Below are positions 29,470 through 39,672 of a stretch of 64,000 nucleotides of DNA, one piece after another. Under the pieces are notes generated by a model that saw nothing but the letters and a program-made list of their open reading frames with translations, ran no database searches and was not told where the DNA came from. The stretch is from Gammaproteobacteria bacterium (GTDB lineage Bacteria > Pseudomonadota > Gammaproteobacteria > UBA4575): the NCBI GenBank assembly GCA_963422595.1, contig OY730298.1, positions 244,470 to 308,469 of the forward strand, read 5' to 3'. How positions within the stretch are numbered: position 1 is the first letter of the stretch; each line of letters starts with the position of its first letter. A program made the translations under genes and the position numbers.

Positions 29470-30207
29470 TCAGGATTGATAGGAATCGGCAAGTTTTTGC
29501 GCACGCCGCAGTTCTATGCTGCCTTCATAAAGTGCTCGCCCTACTATTACCCCTATAATACCTTCCTCACCACGTTCACATAATCGTTTGATGTCGTTCT
29601 CATCCGTTACCCCACCCGATGCGATGACTGGAATATGTATTGAACCTGCCAGTTCTGCCGTAGCTTCAACGTTCAGGCCGTGCATCATGCCGTCGCGACT
29701 AATGTCTGTGAACACAATTGCAGCGACACCGTCTGATTCAAAATGTCGTGCCATGTCCACGGCGTCATGATGCGACAATTTTGACCAGCCATCAATCGCT
29801 ACTTTGCCATCTTTAGCATCCAATCCGACAATGATATGCCCGGGAAATTCCAGGCATAGGTCATTTACAAAATGCGGGGCACTAACCGCCTGCGTGCCGA
29901 TAATTACGTATTGCACGCCTGCTTCAAGGTAGGCCTGTACTGTATCTTCGTTACGGATGCCACCGCCTACTTGTACCGGAACGTCCGGATGATTAGATGT
30001 AATGCGACGAATTAGTTCAGCATTTTTTGGGCTACCGACAGATGCACCATCCAGATCTACGACGTGAATGCGCCTGGCCCCGGCAGCTATCCATTGATCG
30101 GCAATTGCCACCGGATCATCAGAAAATACGGTTACATCGTCCATACTGCCTTGGCGCAGGCGCACGCAGTTGCCGTCTTTTAAATCAATTGCGGGAATAA
30201 CAATCAT
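29470..30207 (-). CDS. hisA: 1-(5-phosphoribosyl)-5-[(5-phosphoribosylamino)methylideneamino]imidazole-4-carboxamide isomerase HisA
   Basis: MIVIPAIDLKDGNCVRL..., a paralog of HisF. Gene order is hisH-hisA-hisF. Confidence 0.95.
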   Translation of the reverse strand: MIVIPAIDLKDGNCVRLRQGSMDDVTVFSDDPVAIADQWIAAGARRIHVVDLDGASVGSPKNAELIRRITSNHPDVPVQVGGGIRNEDTVQAYLEAGVQYVIIGTQAVSAPHFVNDLCLEFPGHIIVGLDAKDGKVAIDGWSKLSHHDAVDMARHFESDGVAAIVFTDISRDGMMHGLNVEATAELAGSIHIPVIASGGVTDENDIKRLCERGEEGIIGVIVGRALYEGSIELRRAQKLADSYQS

Positions 30208-30228
30208 CTTAAATACGTGGTAAGAAAT

Positions 30229-30888
30229 TCAGTTAATCGCACAACTCCCGTCCCAGTGAACAAAGTTGCTTAGTAATTGTAACCCTGCTTGCGCACTTTT
30301 TTCCGGGTGACATTGCATGGCAAATACGTTGTCTCTGGCTATTACGGAGGTGAAAGTCAGTCCATAATCTGTGGTGCCGGCTATCAGATGCGGTTCATCG
30401 CACTGTACAAAGTAGCTATGTACAAAGTAAAAATAGCTGGAATCTGATATACCGTTCCATAAGGGATGTTGTTGTCGTTGTTCGATGCAATTCCAGCCCA
30501 TATGGGGAATCTTAAGGCCGCCTTCAACTGTGCCGATAGCAAGATGATTGCCAAAATATTCCACGCCACCCTCATAAAGTCCCAGACATTTAGTGCCACC
30601 GTTTTCTGCGCTTTTTTGCATCAATACTTGCATCCCCATACAAATGCCCAGAAAGGGTTTGTTATATGTGGCATCAATAATTGCGGATTGTAAATCAAAT
30701 TCCTGCAAAGCGGTCATACAATCTCGCGCCGCACCCTGACCCGGAAATATTACTTTATCACTGGTAGCAATTTCGGTTGGGTTGGAGGTGATATAAGCGC
30801 GATCTTCGGTAGTAGCTACGTGCTCAACGGCCTTCGCTACTGAATATAGGTTGCCTATTCCGTAGTCAATGATTGCGATGCTGCTCAT
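30229..30888 (-). CDS. hisH: imidazole glycerol phosphate synthase, glutaminase subunit HisH
   Basis: Class I glutamine amidotransferase (GICMGMQ, HSY). The probable start is MSSIAIIDYG at 30888; the ORF track extends to 30936. Confidence 0.9.
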   Translation of the reverse strand: MSSIAIIDYGIGNLYSVAKAVEHVATTEDRAYITSNPTEIATSDKVIFPGQGAARDCMTALQEFDLQSAIIDATYNKPFLGICMGMQVLMQKSAENGGTKCLGLYEGGVEYFGNHLAIGTVEGGLKIPHMGWNCIEQRQQHPLWNGISDSSYFYFVHSYFVQCDEPHLIAGTTDYGLTFTSVIARDNVFAMQCHPEKSAQAGLQLLSNFVHWDGSCAIN

Positions 30889-30966
30889 TATTATGGTCTG
30901 GCATTTGGTGGGTGTTGTTACTATACCAATCACCATTACTTAACGACATAGAGAAGTTTGCCGTAG

Positions 30967-31560
30967 TTAAAGACTGCCTTTCGTGGACGGTATCATGCCC
31001 CGCATAAGCTCATCATGCCCGATTGCCATACGCAGTGCTCGCCCGAATGCTTTGAATACGGTCTCGGCAATATGATGTGAATTTGCGCCACATAGATTGT
31101 CAACGTGTAAGGTCACGTTAGCATGATTGACAAAGCCCTGAAAAAACTCGCGCGTCAGATCGACGTCAAAATCACCGATGCGCGCGCGTGGAAATTGTAC
31201 ACGAAATTCTAATCCGGGGCGTCCGGAAAAGTCTATGACCACTCTGGATAAGGCCTCATCCAATGGCACATAGGCATGCCCATACCGACGAATGCCTTGC
31301 TTGTCCCCCATCGCTTTGGTGCAGGCCTGCCCTAATGTAATGCCTATGTCTTCAACCGTATGATGGGCATCAACTTCAAGGTCGCCGTGAGCATCTATAG
31401 TAAGGTCAAGCATGCCGTGACGCACAATTTGGTCAAGCATGTGATCAAAAAAAGGCAAGCCGGTGGTTAGCGCAGACTGACCTGTACCGTCTAAATTTAA
31501 CTGCATCACAATTTGTGTTTCGCGGGTGTTGCGTTCGACACTGACAGTTCGTGCGGCCAC
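30967..31560 (-). CDS. hisB: imidazoleglycerol-phosphate dehydratase HisB (monofunctional)
   Basis: 197 aa with conserved IGPD motifs (RNTRET.I..L.LDG.G, DxHHxxE). Confidence 0.95.
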   Translation of the reverse strand: MAARTVSVERNTRETQIVMQLNLDGTGQSALTTGLPFFDHMLDQIVRHGMLDLTIDAHGDLEVDAHHTVEDIGITLGQACTKAMGDKQGIRRYGHAYVPLDEALSRVVIDFSGRPGLEFRVQFPRARIGDFDVDLTREFFQGFVNHANVTLHVDNLCGANSHHIAETVFKAFGRALRMAIGHDELMRGMIPSTKGSL

Positions 31561-31607
31561 GGCGGAATAGGGTTTGGGTTTTTAGCAGGCGAGTCGTTAT
31601 TGTAAAT

Positions 31608-32045
31608 CTATACTTGTAACCAAAAGGTTGCCGGGCCATCGTTGATTAAGTGTACTTGCATATCGGCACCAAATCTGCCCGCTGCAACTTTAGCATATTT
31701 AAGGTTTAGTATATTCAAAAAATAATCGAATATTGCCATGCCCTGCTCGGGGGACGCGGCCTGGGAAAACCCAGGTCGTAAGCCTTTGCTGGTATCGGCA
31801 GCGAGCGTAAATTGTGGCACTATCAGCAGGTCTCCATTTATATCCGCTACGCTGTTATTCACGTTGCCGGTACTATCCACAAAGATACGGTAATTTATTA
31901 TGCGCTCACTCATGCGAGTGGCAATATTTTCATCGTCATGTTTTTGAATGGCAAGAAATATCAGTAACCCCTGGCCGATCACCGCGATAGCTTCTTGATT
32001 TATGGATACGCTGGCTTCAAGCACGCGTTGCAGTAATGCGATCAT
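31608..32045 (-). CDS. dtd: D-aminoacyl-tRNA deacylase
   Basis: 145 aa: MIALLQRV..A.V.....IG.GLL.F, SGP motif region and QFTLAAD. Typical Dtd. Confidence 0.9.
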   Translation of the reverse strand: MIALLQRVLEASVSINQEAIAVIGQGLLIFLAIQKHDDENIATRMSERIINYRIFVDSTGNVNNSVADINGDLLIVPQFTLAADTSKGLRPGFSQAASPEQGMAIFDYFLNILNLKYAKVAAGRFGADMQVHLINDGPATFWLQV

Positions 32046-32289
32046 GATGGCGCTGGCTTAATCGCAGTGTTGCATAAACTATGTTGCCAGATAATCCAGC
32101 TGAATTTTTTCGTCGTGCGCTACAGAAAATAGCTCATGCACAACACATGGAGCGGCAGAAAGGGGCTGCGATATAACTTTTTTACGTCCTGAAGGGACGC
32201 TACGCACCCCCACTCTTGTATGCAATGCCTGGTTGACGAAGTTGCCCGAACATAAATTCCAGGAGCGGCAGGCGTTTGCGCTGAATTCA

Positions 32290-32388
32290 GTTTTCAAAGC
32301 GCACTTTGTTTTTACTGCTGATGACTTAAAATTTTTTGAAACAATCTTCGTGGTTTTCAAAGCGCACTTTGTTTTTGCTGCTGATGAC
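32290..32388. repeat. 36-bp direct repeat duplicating the 3' end of the RDD gene (copies at 32290-32325 and 32353-32388, one mismatch)
   Basis: GTTTTCAAAGCGCACTTTGTTTTT(A/G)CTGCTGATGAC occurs twice. Copy 2 encodes the last residues VISSKNKVRFEN. Copy 1 lies immediately 3' of the stop codon and would encode VISSKNKVRFEN*. Confidence 0.85.
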
Positions 32389-32802
32389 AACCGTGCCGGC
32401 TAACTTATCGTGCCAGCCTTGCTTTCTGGGATCAAACGCTACCCAAATAATACCGATTCCCAGGAATAAAAATGCCGGAATATAGGCAAAAAATCTGCCC
32501 ACATATTGCCCCTTTGAAGGCTTTTCGCCGTCGTAAGCATCCACAATTTTTGCCCGTATGGCCATTTTCCCCGGCGTGGCTTGTAGACGTATCCAGAAAA
32601 ATATTATGGCAACGGATGGTAATACCACGCTGACAATAAAATCCACAAGCCCTGCAAAGACGGTGTCGTAATGCCAATAATCCTCGCCATAAATCATCAG
32701 CAGGATAGGCAGGGTGATTATAAAAATTAAAATCGAGTCAATAATGGATGCCGCAACTCTTACCCAGAAGCCAGCATATTCAAACTCATCTTTATGTATC
32801 AC
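32326..32802 (-). CDS. RDD family membrane protein
   Basis: 158 aa with the RDD-family layout (YAGFWVRVAASIIDSIL..., multiple TM helices, conserved R.D.D-like spacing). The assignment is moderately confident. Confidence 0.65.
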   Translation of the reverse strand: MIHKDEFEYAGFWVRVAASIIDSILIFIITLPILLMIYGEDYWHYDTVFAGLVDFIVSVVLPSVAIIFFWIRLQATPGKMAIRAKIVDAYDGEKPSKGQYVGRFFAYIPAFLFLGIGIIWVAFDPRKQGWHDKLAGTVVISSKNKVRFENHEDCFKKF

Positions 32803-32924
32803 AGGGGCGGTCTTCTCTACGGGTAAATTTGATTGTGTTACTATAACCCAAGTGGTATTGGCACTTCAATTAAAGATGATTGTATCAGTCGTTTATGGCC
32901 ATATAGAAGCACGCGCCGACTACA

Positions 32925-34376
32925 TTATCTACGCCAAAAGGCCGGCGTGAATATTACCAGTAAGGTAAAAATTTCCAAGCGTCCAAGCAGCATGCTCAGA
33001 CACAGTACCCATTTACTAAAGTCATTAATACTTGTGTAGTTAGCGCCTACTTTACCCAGTCCAGGACCAAGATTGTTGAGGGTGGCGGTTACTGCTGAAA
33101 AGGCCGTAGTTTGGTCTAAACCGGATGCCACGAGCAGCAACAACATGACTACAAACACACCAATATAGGCAGAGAAAAACCCCCATACGGCTTCAATTAC
33201 GCGACTGTCCACTGCATTGGAACCTATTTTTACGGCGATTTTCGCATTTGGGTGTACCAGGCATAACATTTCCCGCAACCCTTGTTTGACCAATAGTAAA
33301 ATCCGTATCACCTTTATGCCTCCACCGGTAGAGCCAGCGCAGCCACCGATAAAACTTGCCAGTAACAATAGTAATGGCAAGAAACCCGGCCAGAAGTAAT
33401 AATTCGAGGTTGTGAACCCTGTGGTCGTCCCGATTGATACCGCATGAAAAATAGCCTTGGCAAGCGTGCTACCCCAGCTTACGTATACTTCGCTGATGCG
33501 TAGAAAAACGACCGTAATTAATGAAACCGAGATAATCACAAACAGGTAGGTTTTAAACTCCGCATCGCGCAGATAATGGCGCAGACTTTGTGATTTCCAG
33601 GTAATGAAGTGCAGACCAAAGTTTGCGCCTGACAACAACATGAATATGATGGCAACGGCTTCTATGGGCGTGCTGCGGAAGTACCCGATACTTTCATCAT
33701 GTGTGGAGAACCCACCAATTGCCACGGTAGAAAAACTGTGTGCAATAGCGTCAAAGACGTTCATCCCCGCTATCCAGTAACCAAGCGCGCAAGCAACGGT
33801 TAATAATAAATAGATGTACCAAAGGGCTTTGGCCGTTTCTTTTATGCGTGGCGTGAGTTTGGTGTCTTTAACGGGTCCCGGAGTTTCGGCACGATATAGC
33901 TGCATGCCGCCTATGCCTAACATTGGCAGAATCGCTACTGCCAGGACGATGATTCCCATACCACCAAGCCACTGTAGCGCCTGACGATAAAATAATATGG
34001 ATTTAGGCAATGCGTCCAGGTTGGTAATGACGGTCGCGCCGGTGGTCGTTAGCCCGGAAATTGATTCAAATATGGCATCGGTAATGCCAAGCGTCAGGGA
34101 TTGACTGAATAGCAGAGGTAGCGCGCCAAATGCCCCTAATACAGTCCAAAATAATACTACAATTAAAAATCCGTCGCGCAGACGCAGGTCATCCTGAAAC
34201 TTACGCACCGGGTACCACAGAACTAAGCCGGTAATGAGGGTAATGATGAAAGCCAGTACAAAGGGTTGCATCGTGTCGTCCGCATATAACGCACCGACTA
34301 AAATTGGCGGCAACATGGTCACGCTAAACCACGCGACTAAGATACCTAATATTCGTTGTATTACTTGTCGCTGCAT
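32925..34376 (-). CDS. trkH: Trk system potassium uptake protein TrkH
   Basis: 483 aa, collinear with E. coli TrkH (REGFLIVVLFWTVLG, GLTTTGATV, YRQALQWLGGMGIIVLAVAILP, GRLEIFTLLVIFTPAFWR). Confidence 0.92.
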   Translation of the reverse strand: MQRQVIQRILGILVAWFSVTMLPPILVGALYADDTMQPFVLAFIITLITGLVLWYPVRKFQDDLRLRDGFLIVVLFWTVLGAFGALPLLFSQSLTLGITDAIFESISGLTTTGATVITNLDALPKSILFYRQALQWLGGMGIIVLAVAILPMLGIGGMQLYRAETPGPVKDTKLTPRIKETAKALWYIYLLLTVACALGYWIAGMNVFDAIAHSFSTVAIGGFSTHDESIGYFRSTPIEAVAIIFMLLSGANFGLHFITWKSQSLRHYLRDAEFKTYLFVIISVSLITVVFLRISEVYVSWGSTLAKAIFHAVSIGTTTGFTTSNYYFWPGFLPLLLLLASFIGGCAGSTGGGIKVIRILLLVKQGLREMLCLVHPNAKIAVKIGSNAVDSRVIEAVWGFFSAYIGVFVVMLLLLVASGLDQTTAFSAVTATLNNLGPGLGKVGANYTSINDFSKWVLCLSMLLGRLEIFTLLVIFTPAFWRR

Positions 34377-34438
34377 GGTGGATGATTCTCTGATTCAGGC
34401 GTTATTAGAGTACGAAGCACGCGCGTATGGTAATAGAT

Positions 34439-35812
34439 TTAAATGAACGTCGCGCTTACCTGAAAAAGTCGCTCGGTTTCTTTCACCCCGGCCTTATCTG
34501 CCAGAAACATAATTACATGATCTTCAGGTTCAATATCAATACCGGCCTCAGATATAATCACTTCCCCATCCCGCACAATCGCGCCAATAGTCGCTCCATC
34601 AGGTAAGTTGATTTGTTCGATGTTGCGTCCTACTACCTTTGAAGTTTTGTGGTCACCATGGGCCACTACCTCTATGGCCTCCGCAGCGCCGCGGCGTAAT
34701 GAATGCACCGCTACAATGTCGCCTTTACGTACATGCGTAAGTAACGTGCCTAAAGTAACCTGTCGTGGCGAAATTGCGACATCAATAATGTCACTTTCAA
34801 CCAGGTCTACATAGCTTGGTCTGTTAATAAGTGACATTACTTTGCTTGCTCCTAAACGTTTAGCTAACATTGCTGACAGGATATTTGCCTCGTCGTCATT
34901 AGTAAGCGCACAAAATACATCCGTGCCTGCAACATTTTCTTCCAGCAACATGTCCTGATCGGCGGCGTCACCTTGTAGTACAATCGCTTTATCCAGCGAC
35001 GCGGATAGAAAATTTGCGCGCTCTGAATCACGCTCAATAATTTTAACCTGATATTTATGTTCTATGGATTTCGACAGGTGAAAGCCAATATTGCCGCCAC
35101 CAGCAAGTAATACACGCTTGTAAGGCTTGTCCGTTCCACGCAGTTGTGTGGTTAAGGCGATGGCGTTGGCGGAGGACGCCAGAAAAAATATTTCATCGTC
35201 GGATTGAATAATGGTGTCACTATTTAAGACAACCAAATTATTATTGCGATAGACGGCTACGACTTTAGCTTCAGTCTCTGGCATCAGTTCCCAAATGTCC
35301 TGTAATTGTTTACCTACTAAGGGGCTGTTCCTGTTGGCACGCATCGCGAGTAATTTAATCTGCCCACCAGAAAAATCTAAAACTTGTAGCGCGCCGGGGT
35401 GCTCGATCAAATGTCGTACATATTGTGAAATTAAATGCTCCGGGCTGATTAATACGTCTACCGGCAACGCCTCTTGCACAAACAGGTCGTTATAGGCGAG
35501 GTATTCCACAGCGCGAATTCTGGCGATTTTGGTAGGTGTATGGAAAAGCGTATAGGCGATTTGGCATGCTACCATGTTGGTTTCATCGCTGTTGGTGAGC
35601 GCAATCAACATGTCCGCATCTTTGGCGCCAGCGCGCTCCAGCACGGAGGGATGCGCGGCCTCTCCAAGTATGGTGCGCAAGTCGGCCCGATCCTGAATAT
35701 CCTGTAGTACGGCTGAGTTGGTATCGACAAGAGTAATGTCGTTGGCTTCATTGGCAAGACTAAGTGCTAATGAACCACCCACCTGACCCGCGCCCAAGAT
35801 AATGATTTTCAT
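34439..35812 (-). CDS. trkA: Trk system potassium uptake protein TrkA
   Basis: MKIIILGAGQVGGSLA: two tandem NAD-binding RCK domains, 457 aa. Confidence 0.95.
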   Translation of the reverse strand: MKIIILGAGQVGGSLALSLANEANDITLVDTNSAVLQDIQDRADLRTILGEAAHPSVLERAGAKDADMLIALTNSDETNMVACQIAYTLFHTPTKIARIRAVEYLAYNDLFVQEALPVDVLISPEHLISQYVRHLIEHPGALQVLDFSGGQIKLLAMRANRNSPLVGKQLQDIWELMPETEAKVVAVYRNNNLVVLNSDTIIQSDDEIFFLASSANAIALTTQLRGTDKPYKRVLLAGGGNIGFHLSKSIEHKYQVKIIERDSERANFLSASLDKAIVLQGDAADQDMLLEENVAGTDVFCALTNDDEANILSAMLAKRLGASKVMSLINRPSYVDLVESDIIDVAISPRQVTLGTLLTHVRKGDIVAVHSLRRGAAEAIEVVAHGDHKTSKVVGRNIEQINLPDGATIGAIVRDGEVIISEAGIDIEPEDHVIMFLADKAGVKETERLFQVSATFI

Positions 35813-36035
35813 AGAAACTCCTCGTCAGGGTAAGTGCCTGGCTTAGCCGGTTACTGGCGCGCGCAGCATATGAGAAGTCACTTGTTACTTGCAAGTGTTA
35901 ATCGCAAGTGATTTTCCAATAAGGTATAAATAAAAACGCTGGCATTAGTGGCCAACGTCGGGCCGGGGCACGAAAACCACCGGTGGGGTAACCTGGTAAG
36001 GAGCTCAAGCGACCGTCTAAGTGGAGCTAAAGTAA

Positions 36036-36062
36036 ATAAACAAAAGCCAGGCCTGGCGGTGA
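36036..36062 (-). terminator. candidate rho-independent terminator after the ntrX-like gene (minus strand)
   Basis: On the minus strand, GCCAGGCCTGGC (a palindromic stem) is followed by TTTTGTTTATTT. Confidence 0.45.
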
Positions 36063-36076
36063 TACGAGACTGTGCA

Positions 36077-37435
36077 TTAGAAGTCTTTCGCGTTAATTTT
36101 AAGGGCACGAAGTTTGCGGTATAAGTGAGTACGTTCCATACCCACGCGCGCCGATAGTTTGCTGATGTTGCCATTCACTTGTTTCAGCTGGTGTAGAAAA
36201 TAACCGCGCTCAAAGGATTCGCGCGCGGCCCGCAGTGGTAATTTACAGAGCTTTTCATGCCATGCGGCTTCAGATTGGTTTTCAAAGCTGTTTTCGTCTA
36301 AAGCAAGCTCAACTTCCGCGGCTGAAATTTCATACGAGGTGCCCAATACCAGTAACCTTTGTACCAGATTTCCAAGCTCGCGTATATTGCCCGGCCAAGG
36401 GTAGTGCAGTAAATGATTTTGCGCGGCGATAGTAAAATTTCTATGCGGGTAGTTTTTTTGCGCGCAGTAAAAATCAATGTAGTAACGTAGTAATTCAGGT
36501 ACGTCCTGCACGTGTTCACGTAACGCGGGAATGCGAATGGGGATCACGTTTAGCTGAAAGTATAATTCATCATCAAAACGGTTCGCTGTTACTGCTTCCC
36601 GAAGGTTGCGCTGGCTGGCGGCCATAATACGTACCTCCAGTTTTTGTGACGCGCTGCCGCCAATGCGGCTAAATTGTTTGCGTCGTAGTAAACGCGACAG
36701 GATTTTTTGTCCCGGCATGTTTATATGCGCTACGTCGCTGATGAATATGGTTCCGCCTTTATGCAACTCAAGCACCCCCGGGGTGCTTACCCCTCGCGCC
36801 TCTGATCCAAATAGCCGTTTGGCGACTTCGCTGTCATTGAAGCTGTCTTCACTAAGCACGATAAATTGTTTGTCGTTATGCGGACTTAATGAATGCACGT
36901 AATTGGCGAAGGTTTGTTTGCCAACTCCCGGCGCTCCCGTTATTAACAAAACGTTATCGTGTCGGGCCAGCTTTTTGGCCTGTTCGCGCAGGGTTCGCAT
37001 TTGCATACTGCCGCCGACGGGTTTTTCAGCTGATAAATTTGCCGCGCCGTTGTCGTGTACTCCATTGGCCGCTTCTAAGGCACGTTTCACACTCATCAAA
37101 AGTTTTGCCATCGTCAAAGGCTTTTCGATAAGGTCATAGGCTCCCAGCCGCGTGGCTTCAACTGCGGTTTCTATGGTGCCGTGACCTGACATCATGACTA
37201 CCGGACAATTAATCCCACCACTACGTTGCCAGTCTTTTAACAGGCTAATGCCATCTTCACCTGGCATCCAAATGTCCAGCAGTACTAAATCCGGCGGCAG
37301 ACTATTCGCATGTTGCCGGGCAATAGCGGTATTTTCCGCGACTCTAACCTGGTAGCCTTCATCTATTAATATTTCCTGCACTGAATTCCGAATATCAGGT
37401 TCATCATCCACCACCAGGATGTTGCGTTGATTCAT
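36077..37435 (-). CDS. ntrX: sigma-54-dependent response regulator (NtrC family, NtrX-like)
   Basis: Receiver domain (ILVVDDEPDIRNS..D), AAA+ sigma-54 activator domain (GAPGVGKQ, GAFTGA-like region) and a C-terminal Fis-type HTH. Paired with the upstream sensor kinase gene. Confidence 0.85.
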   Translation of the reverse strand: MNQRNILVVDDEPDIRNSVQEILIDEGYQVRVAENTAIARQHANSLPPDLVLLDIWMPGEDGISLLKDWQRSGGINCPVVMMSGHGTIETAVEATRLGAYDLIEKPLTMAKLLMSVKRALEAANGVHDNGAANLSAEKPVGGSMQMRTLREQAKKLARHDNVLLITGAPGVGKQTFANYVHSLSPHNDKQFIVLSEDSFNDSEVAKRLFGSEARGVSTPGVLELHKGGTIFISDVAHINMPGQKILSRLLRRKQFSRIGGSASQKLEVRIMAASQRNLREAVTANRFDDELYFQLNVIPIRIPALREHVQDVPELLRYYIDFYCAQKNYPHRNFTIAAQNHLLHYPWPGNIRELGNLVQRLLVLGTSYEISAAEVELALDENSFENQSEAAWHEKLCKLPLRAARESFERGYFLHQLKQVNGNISKLSARVGMERTHLYRKLRALKINAKDF

Positions 37436-39672
37436 GCGGCATCCCCTTGAAAACGTATAGAGTTCCCTAATGGTTGAGGGTTGCAGATAGGCAGACGAAT
37501 TTTAATTCGCGCCCCATGCTGCAACGCATTCTCGGCACGAATGCTGCCACCGTGCTCTTCGACAATCTTTTTTACAATGGCTAATCCTAATCCATTGCCC
37601 CTGATTTTGGTCGTTACATAAGGCTCAAACAGTCGCTCTATTATATGCGCAGGAAATCCCAGACCATTGTCTGATACTACCAGGCTCACGAAAAGCACAC
37701 CACTAATCTCAAAACACCGTGTGGTAATCTGTACCCTGGCATGCTTGCGCGTATAGGTCGCTTCTAAAGCATTTTTAATCAAATTGTGCAGTAGCTGCCG
37801 CAACCGAATACTGTCACCTTTAATCAACGGTGAGTGCTCGTCCAGTACGGCATGCACGGCAACTGCATAGGTGTTATCCCGGTATAGTTCTATTACTTCG
37901 GATATGAGCTTATTGAGATTTACGGGTGTTATTTCAACTTGTGGCGCACGCGCGTAATCAGAGAAGTCATCAACCATTGCTTTCATTGATTCGACTTGCT
38001 GGATGATGGTGCTGGTGGCCCGACCCAGAATATCACTTTCCGGCTCATTCAGGACTGGCAGAATTTTACCACGCAGGCGTTCCGCAGAAAGCTGGATGGG
38101 CGTCAATGGATTTTTGATTTCATGCGCCAGACGCCGCGCGACCTCACCCCAGGCGGAATCACGTTGTGCCTGAATGAGTTCTGTAACGTCATCGAAAACC
38201 AGTGCGTAACCGCCGGTTTGCTCAGCATCAACAGGTAACGTTACACCACGACACATTAGAGTTTTGCCACGTTCTTCGCCTAACAATTTTACTTCTGTCT
38301 GCCATGGTTTTCCCCCACTTTGTATCATTGGCATAATCTGGTCATAAAAACTCTTCAGACGTTCGTTGCCCGTTGACAGGCGCCTGACGTCATAATCAAT
38401 GTATTTATTGACGTTGGTGTTTAATATTTGTGAGGCGGTGGCATTTGCCGTCTTCATAATTAAATGCTGGTCAAGACTGATTACGCCAGATGATAAGTTT
38501 TCCAGAATTGTCTGTAAGTAAGAACGCTGGCTATCAATGAGGCGTTGGCTTAGTTTGGCTTCATCACGCGCCAGCGATAAACGGTCCGTCATTTGATTAA
38601 AAGAGGCGACCAGCATGCCCAGGTCGTCTTGTCGCTCACCAGGGAGTTTTTTATGGTAATGCCCGGCGGCAACCGCTTTTGTGCCTTGCACCAGTTCTTT
38701 GATTGGAGCAACTAATCTTTGCGCAGAGTAAAACGCGGCCCACACCGCGAATAACACGCCTAGTAATAATACCAGGGTGAGGATTAAACTAAAGTTTTGC
38801 TTTAAGGGGTCACGCAAGTATACCAGTTCGTTGTACTTGCCAAAACCTTCCTGCACGTTACGCGCGAGGTCGCTGATGTGATCTGAAATCGGATACAGCA
38901 CTTGCGCCATACGTCCTTCAGAGGCCGGCAGACTGGAAGGTATGGGGAACACTAACCGAACGTGCAGACCTTTGTCTTTGACTGGATCAAGCCCAACGTA
39001 GGTCTCACCCTGACCTACAAGACGGGTAACTGTTTCTCCAGGCAAGCGCGGCAGGACGCTGGCGCCAACTTGCCCACCAGAGGCAATAATCCGACTGTTT
39101 TGATCGAACAACACAATTTCCGCGGCACCGCTGCGCCGTAACAGGTCATTAACTATTAACGGCGCATCTAAAGATGTGGTGTTCGACAGTTCTTTGATCA
39201 TGGGTTCAGTTTGTTTGCGTAATCCACGCATATGCAAGTCCAGCGATGAACGGCTTAAGTCCACCGAATCCTGTAATGCCTGTTCCACGTCGGCGTCAAA
39301 CCAGCTATCTATGCCTTCCTGCAACAGCCAAACCGAGAAGGAGTAAACTATTCCAACTGGCACCGTGGCAAGCAAGGCGAACATTAATAGCAGGCGCAAG
39401 GTAAGCCTGGAGCCGGGTTGACGTTTAATAACCTGTGCCGCAAGCCGCGTAACGTTGAAGATGATCAAGACTAAAAATGTTGCTAGTAGCAGCATGTTAA
39501 AAGGCAATAACCAGTAATGCAGGTTGGCAAAACTGGTTTCACTTCTGGTGGCATCAGCCATTAAGTACAGAGAACCCATCAGCAGGCCAAATAGTAATAT
39601 GATGGGCCAGATACGCGCCAAAAATTGTTTTTTTATAAGGGCCATTCGTGCCAGCCGGTGCTCAACCGCCAT
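37432..39672 (-). CDS. ntrY: sensor histidine kinase (NtrY-like: TM, HAMP, PAS, HisKA, HATPase)
   Basis: N-terminal TM segments, a HAMP-like linker, the HisKA H-box (RLAHEIKNPLTPIQLSAERL), and N, G1 and G2 boxes (DNGLGFP, GNGLGLAIVKKIVEEHGG). Its stop overlaps the regulator gene's start. Confidence 0.85.
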   Translation of the reverse strand: MAVEHRLARMALIKKQFLARIWPIILLFGLLMGSLYLMADATRSETSFANLHYWLLPFNMLLLATFLVLIIFNVTRLAAQVIKRQPGSRLTLRLLLMFALLATVPVGIVYSFSVWLLQEGIDSWFDADVEQALQDSVDLSRSSLDLHMRGLRKQTEPMIKELSNTTSLDAPLIVNDLLRRSGAAEIVLFDQNSRIIASGGQVGASVLPRLPGETVTRLVGQGETYVGLDPVKDKGLHVRLVFPIPSSLPASEGRMAQVLYPISDHISDLARNVQEGFGKYNELVYLRDPLKQNFSLILTLVLLLGVLFAVWAAFYSAQRLVAPIKELVQGTKAVAAGHYHKKLPGERQDDLGMLVASFNQMTDRLSLARDEAKLSQRLIDSQRSYLQTILENLSSGVISLDQHLIMKTANATASQILNTNVNKYIDYDVRRLSTGNERLKSFYDQIMPMIQSGGKPWQTEVKLLGEERGKTLMCRGVTLPVDAEQTGGYALVFDDVTELIQAQRDSAWGEVARRLAHEIKNPLTPIQLSAERLRGKILPVLNEPESDILGRATSTIIQQVESMKAMVDDFSDYARAPQVEITPVNLNKLISEVIELYRDNTYAVAVHAVLDEHSPLIKGDSIRLRQLLHNLIKNALEATYTRKHARVQITTRCFEISGVLFVSLVVSDNGLGFPAHIIERLFEPYVTTKIRGNGLGLAIVKKIVEEHGGSIRAENALQHGARIKIRLPICNPQPLGNSIRFQGDAA

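Noticed and set aside
32150-32200. Small hairpin CGTCC-tgaag-GGACG preceded by a T-run.
   Set aside because: The T-run lies 5' of the stem on the plus strand and an A-run 3' on the minus strand, so it does not form a terminator in either orientation.
32079-32390. 103-aa minus-strand ORF containing a repeated KTKCALKT peptide.
   Set aside because: Its repetitiveness is produced by the 36-bp DNA direct repeat at the RDD gene end. It also overlaps the RDD CDS and has no independent support.
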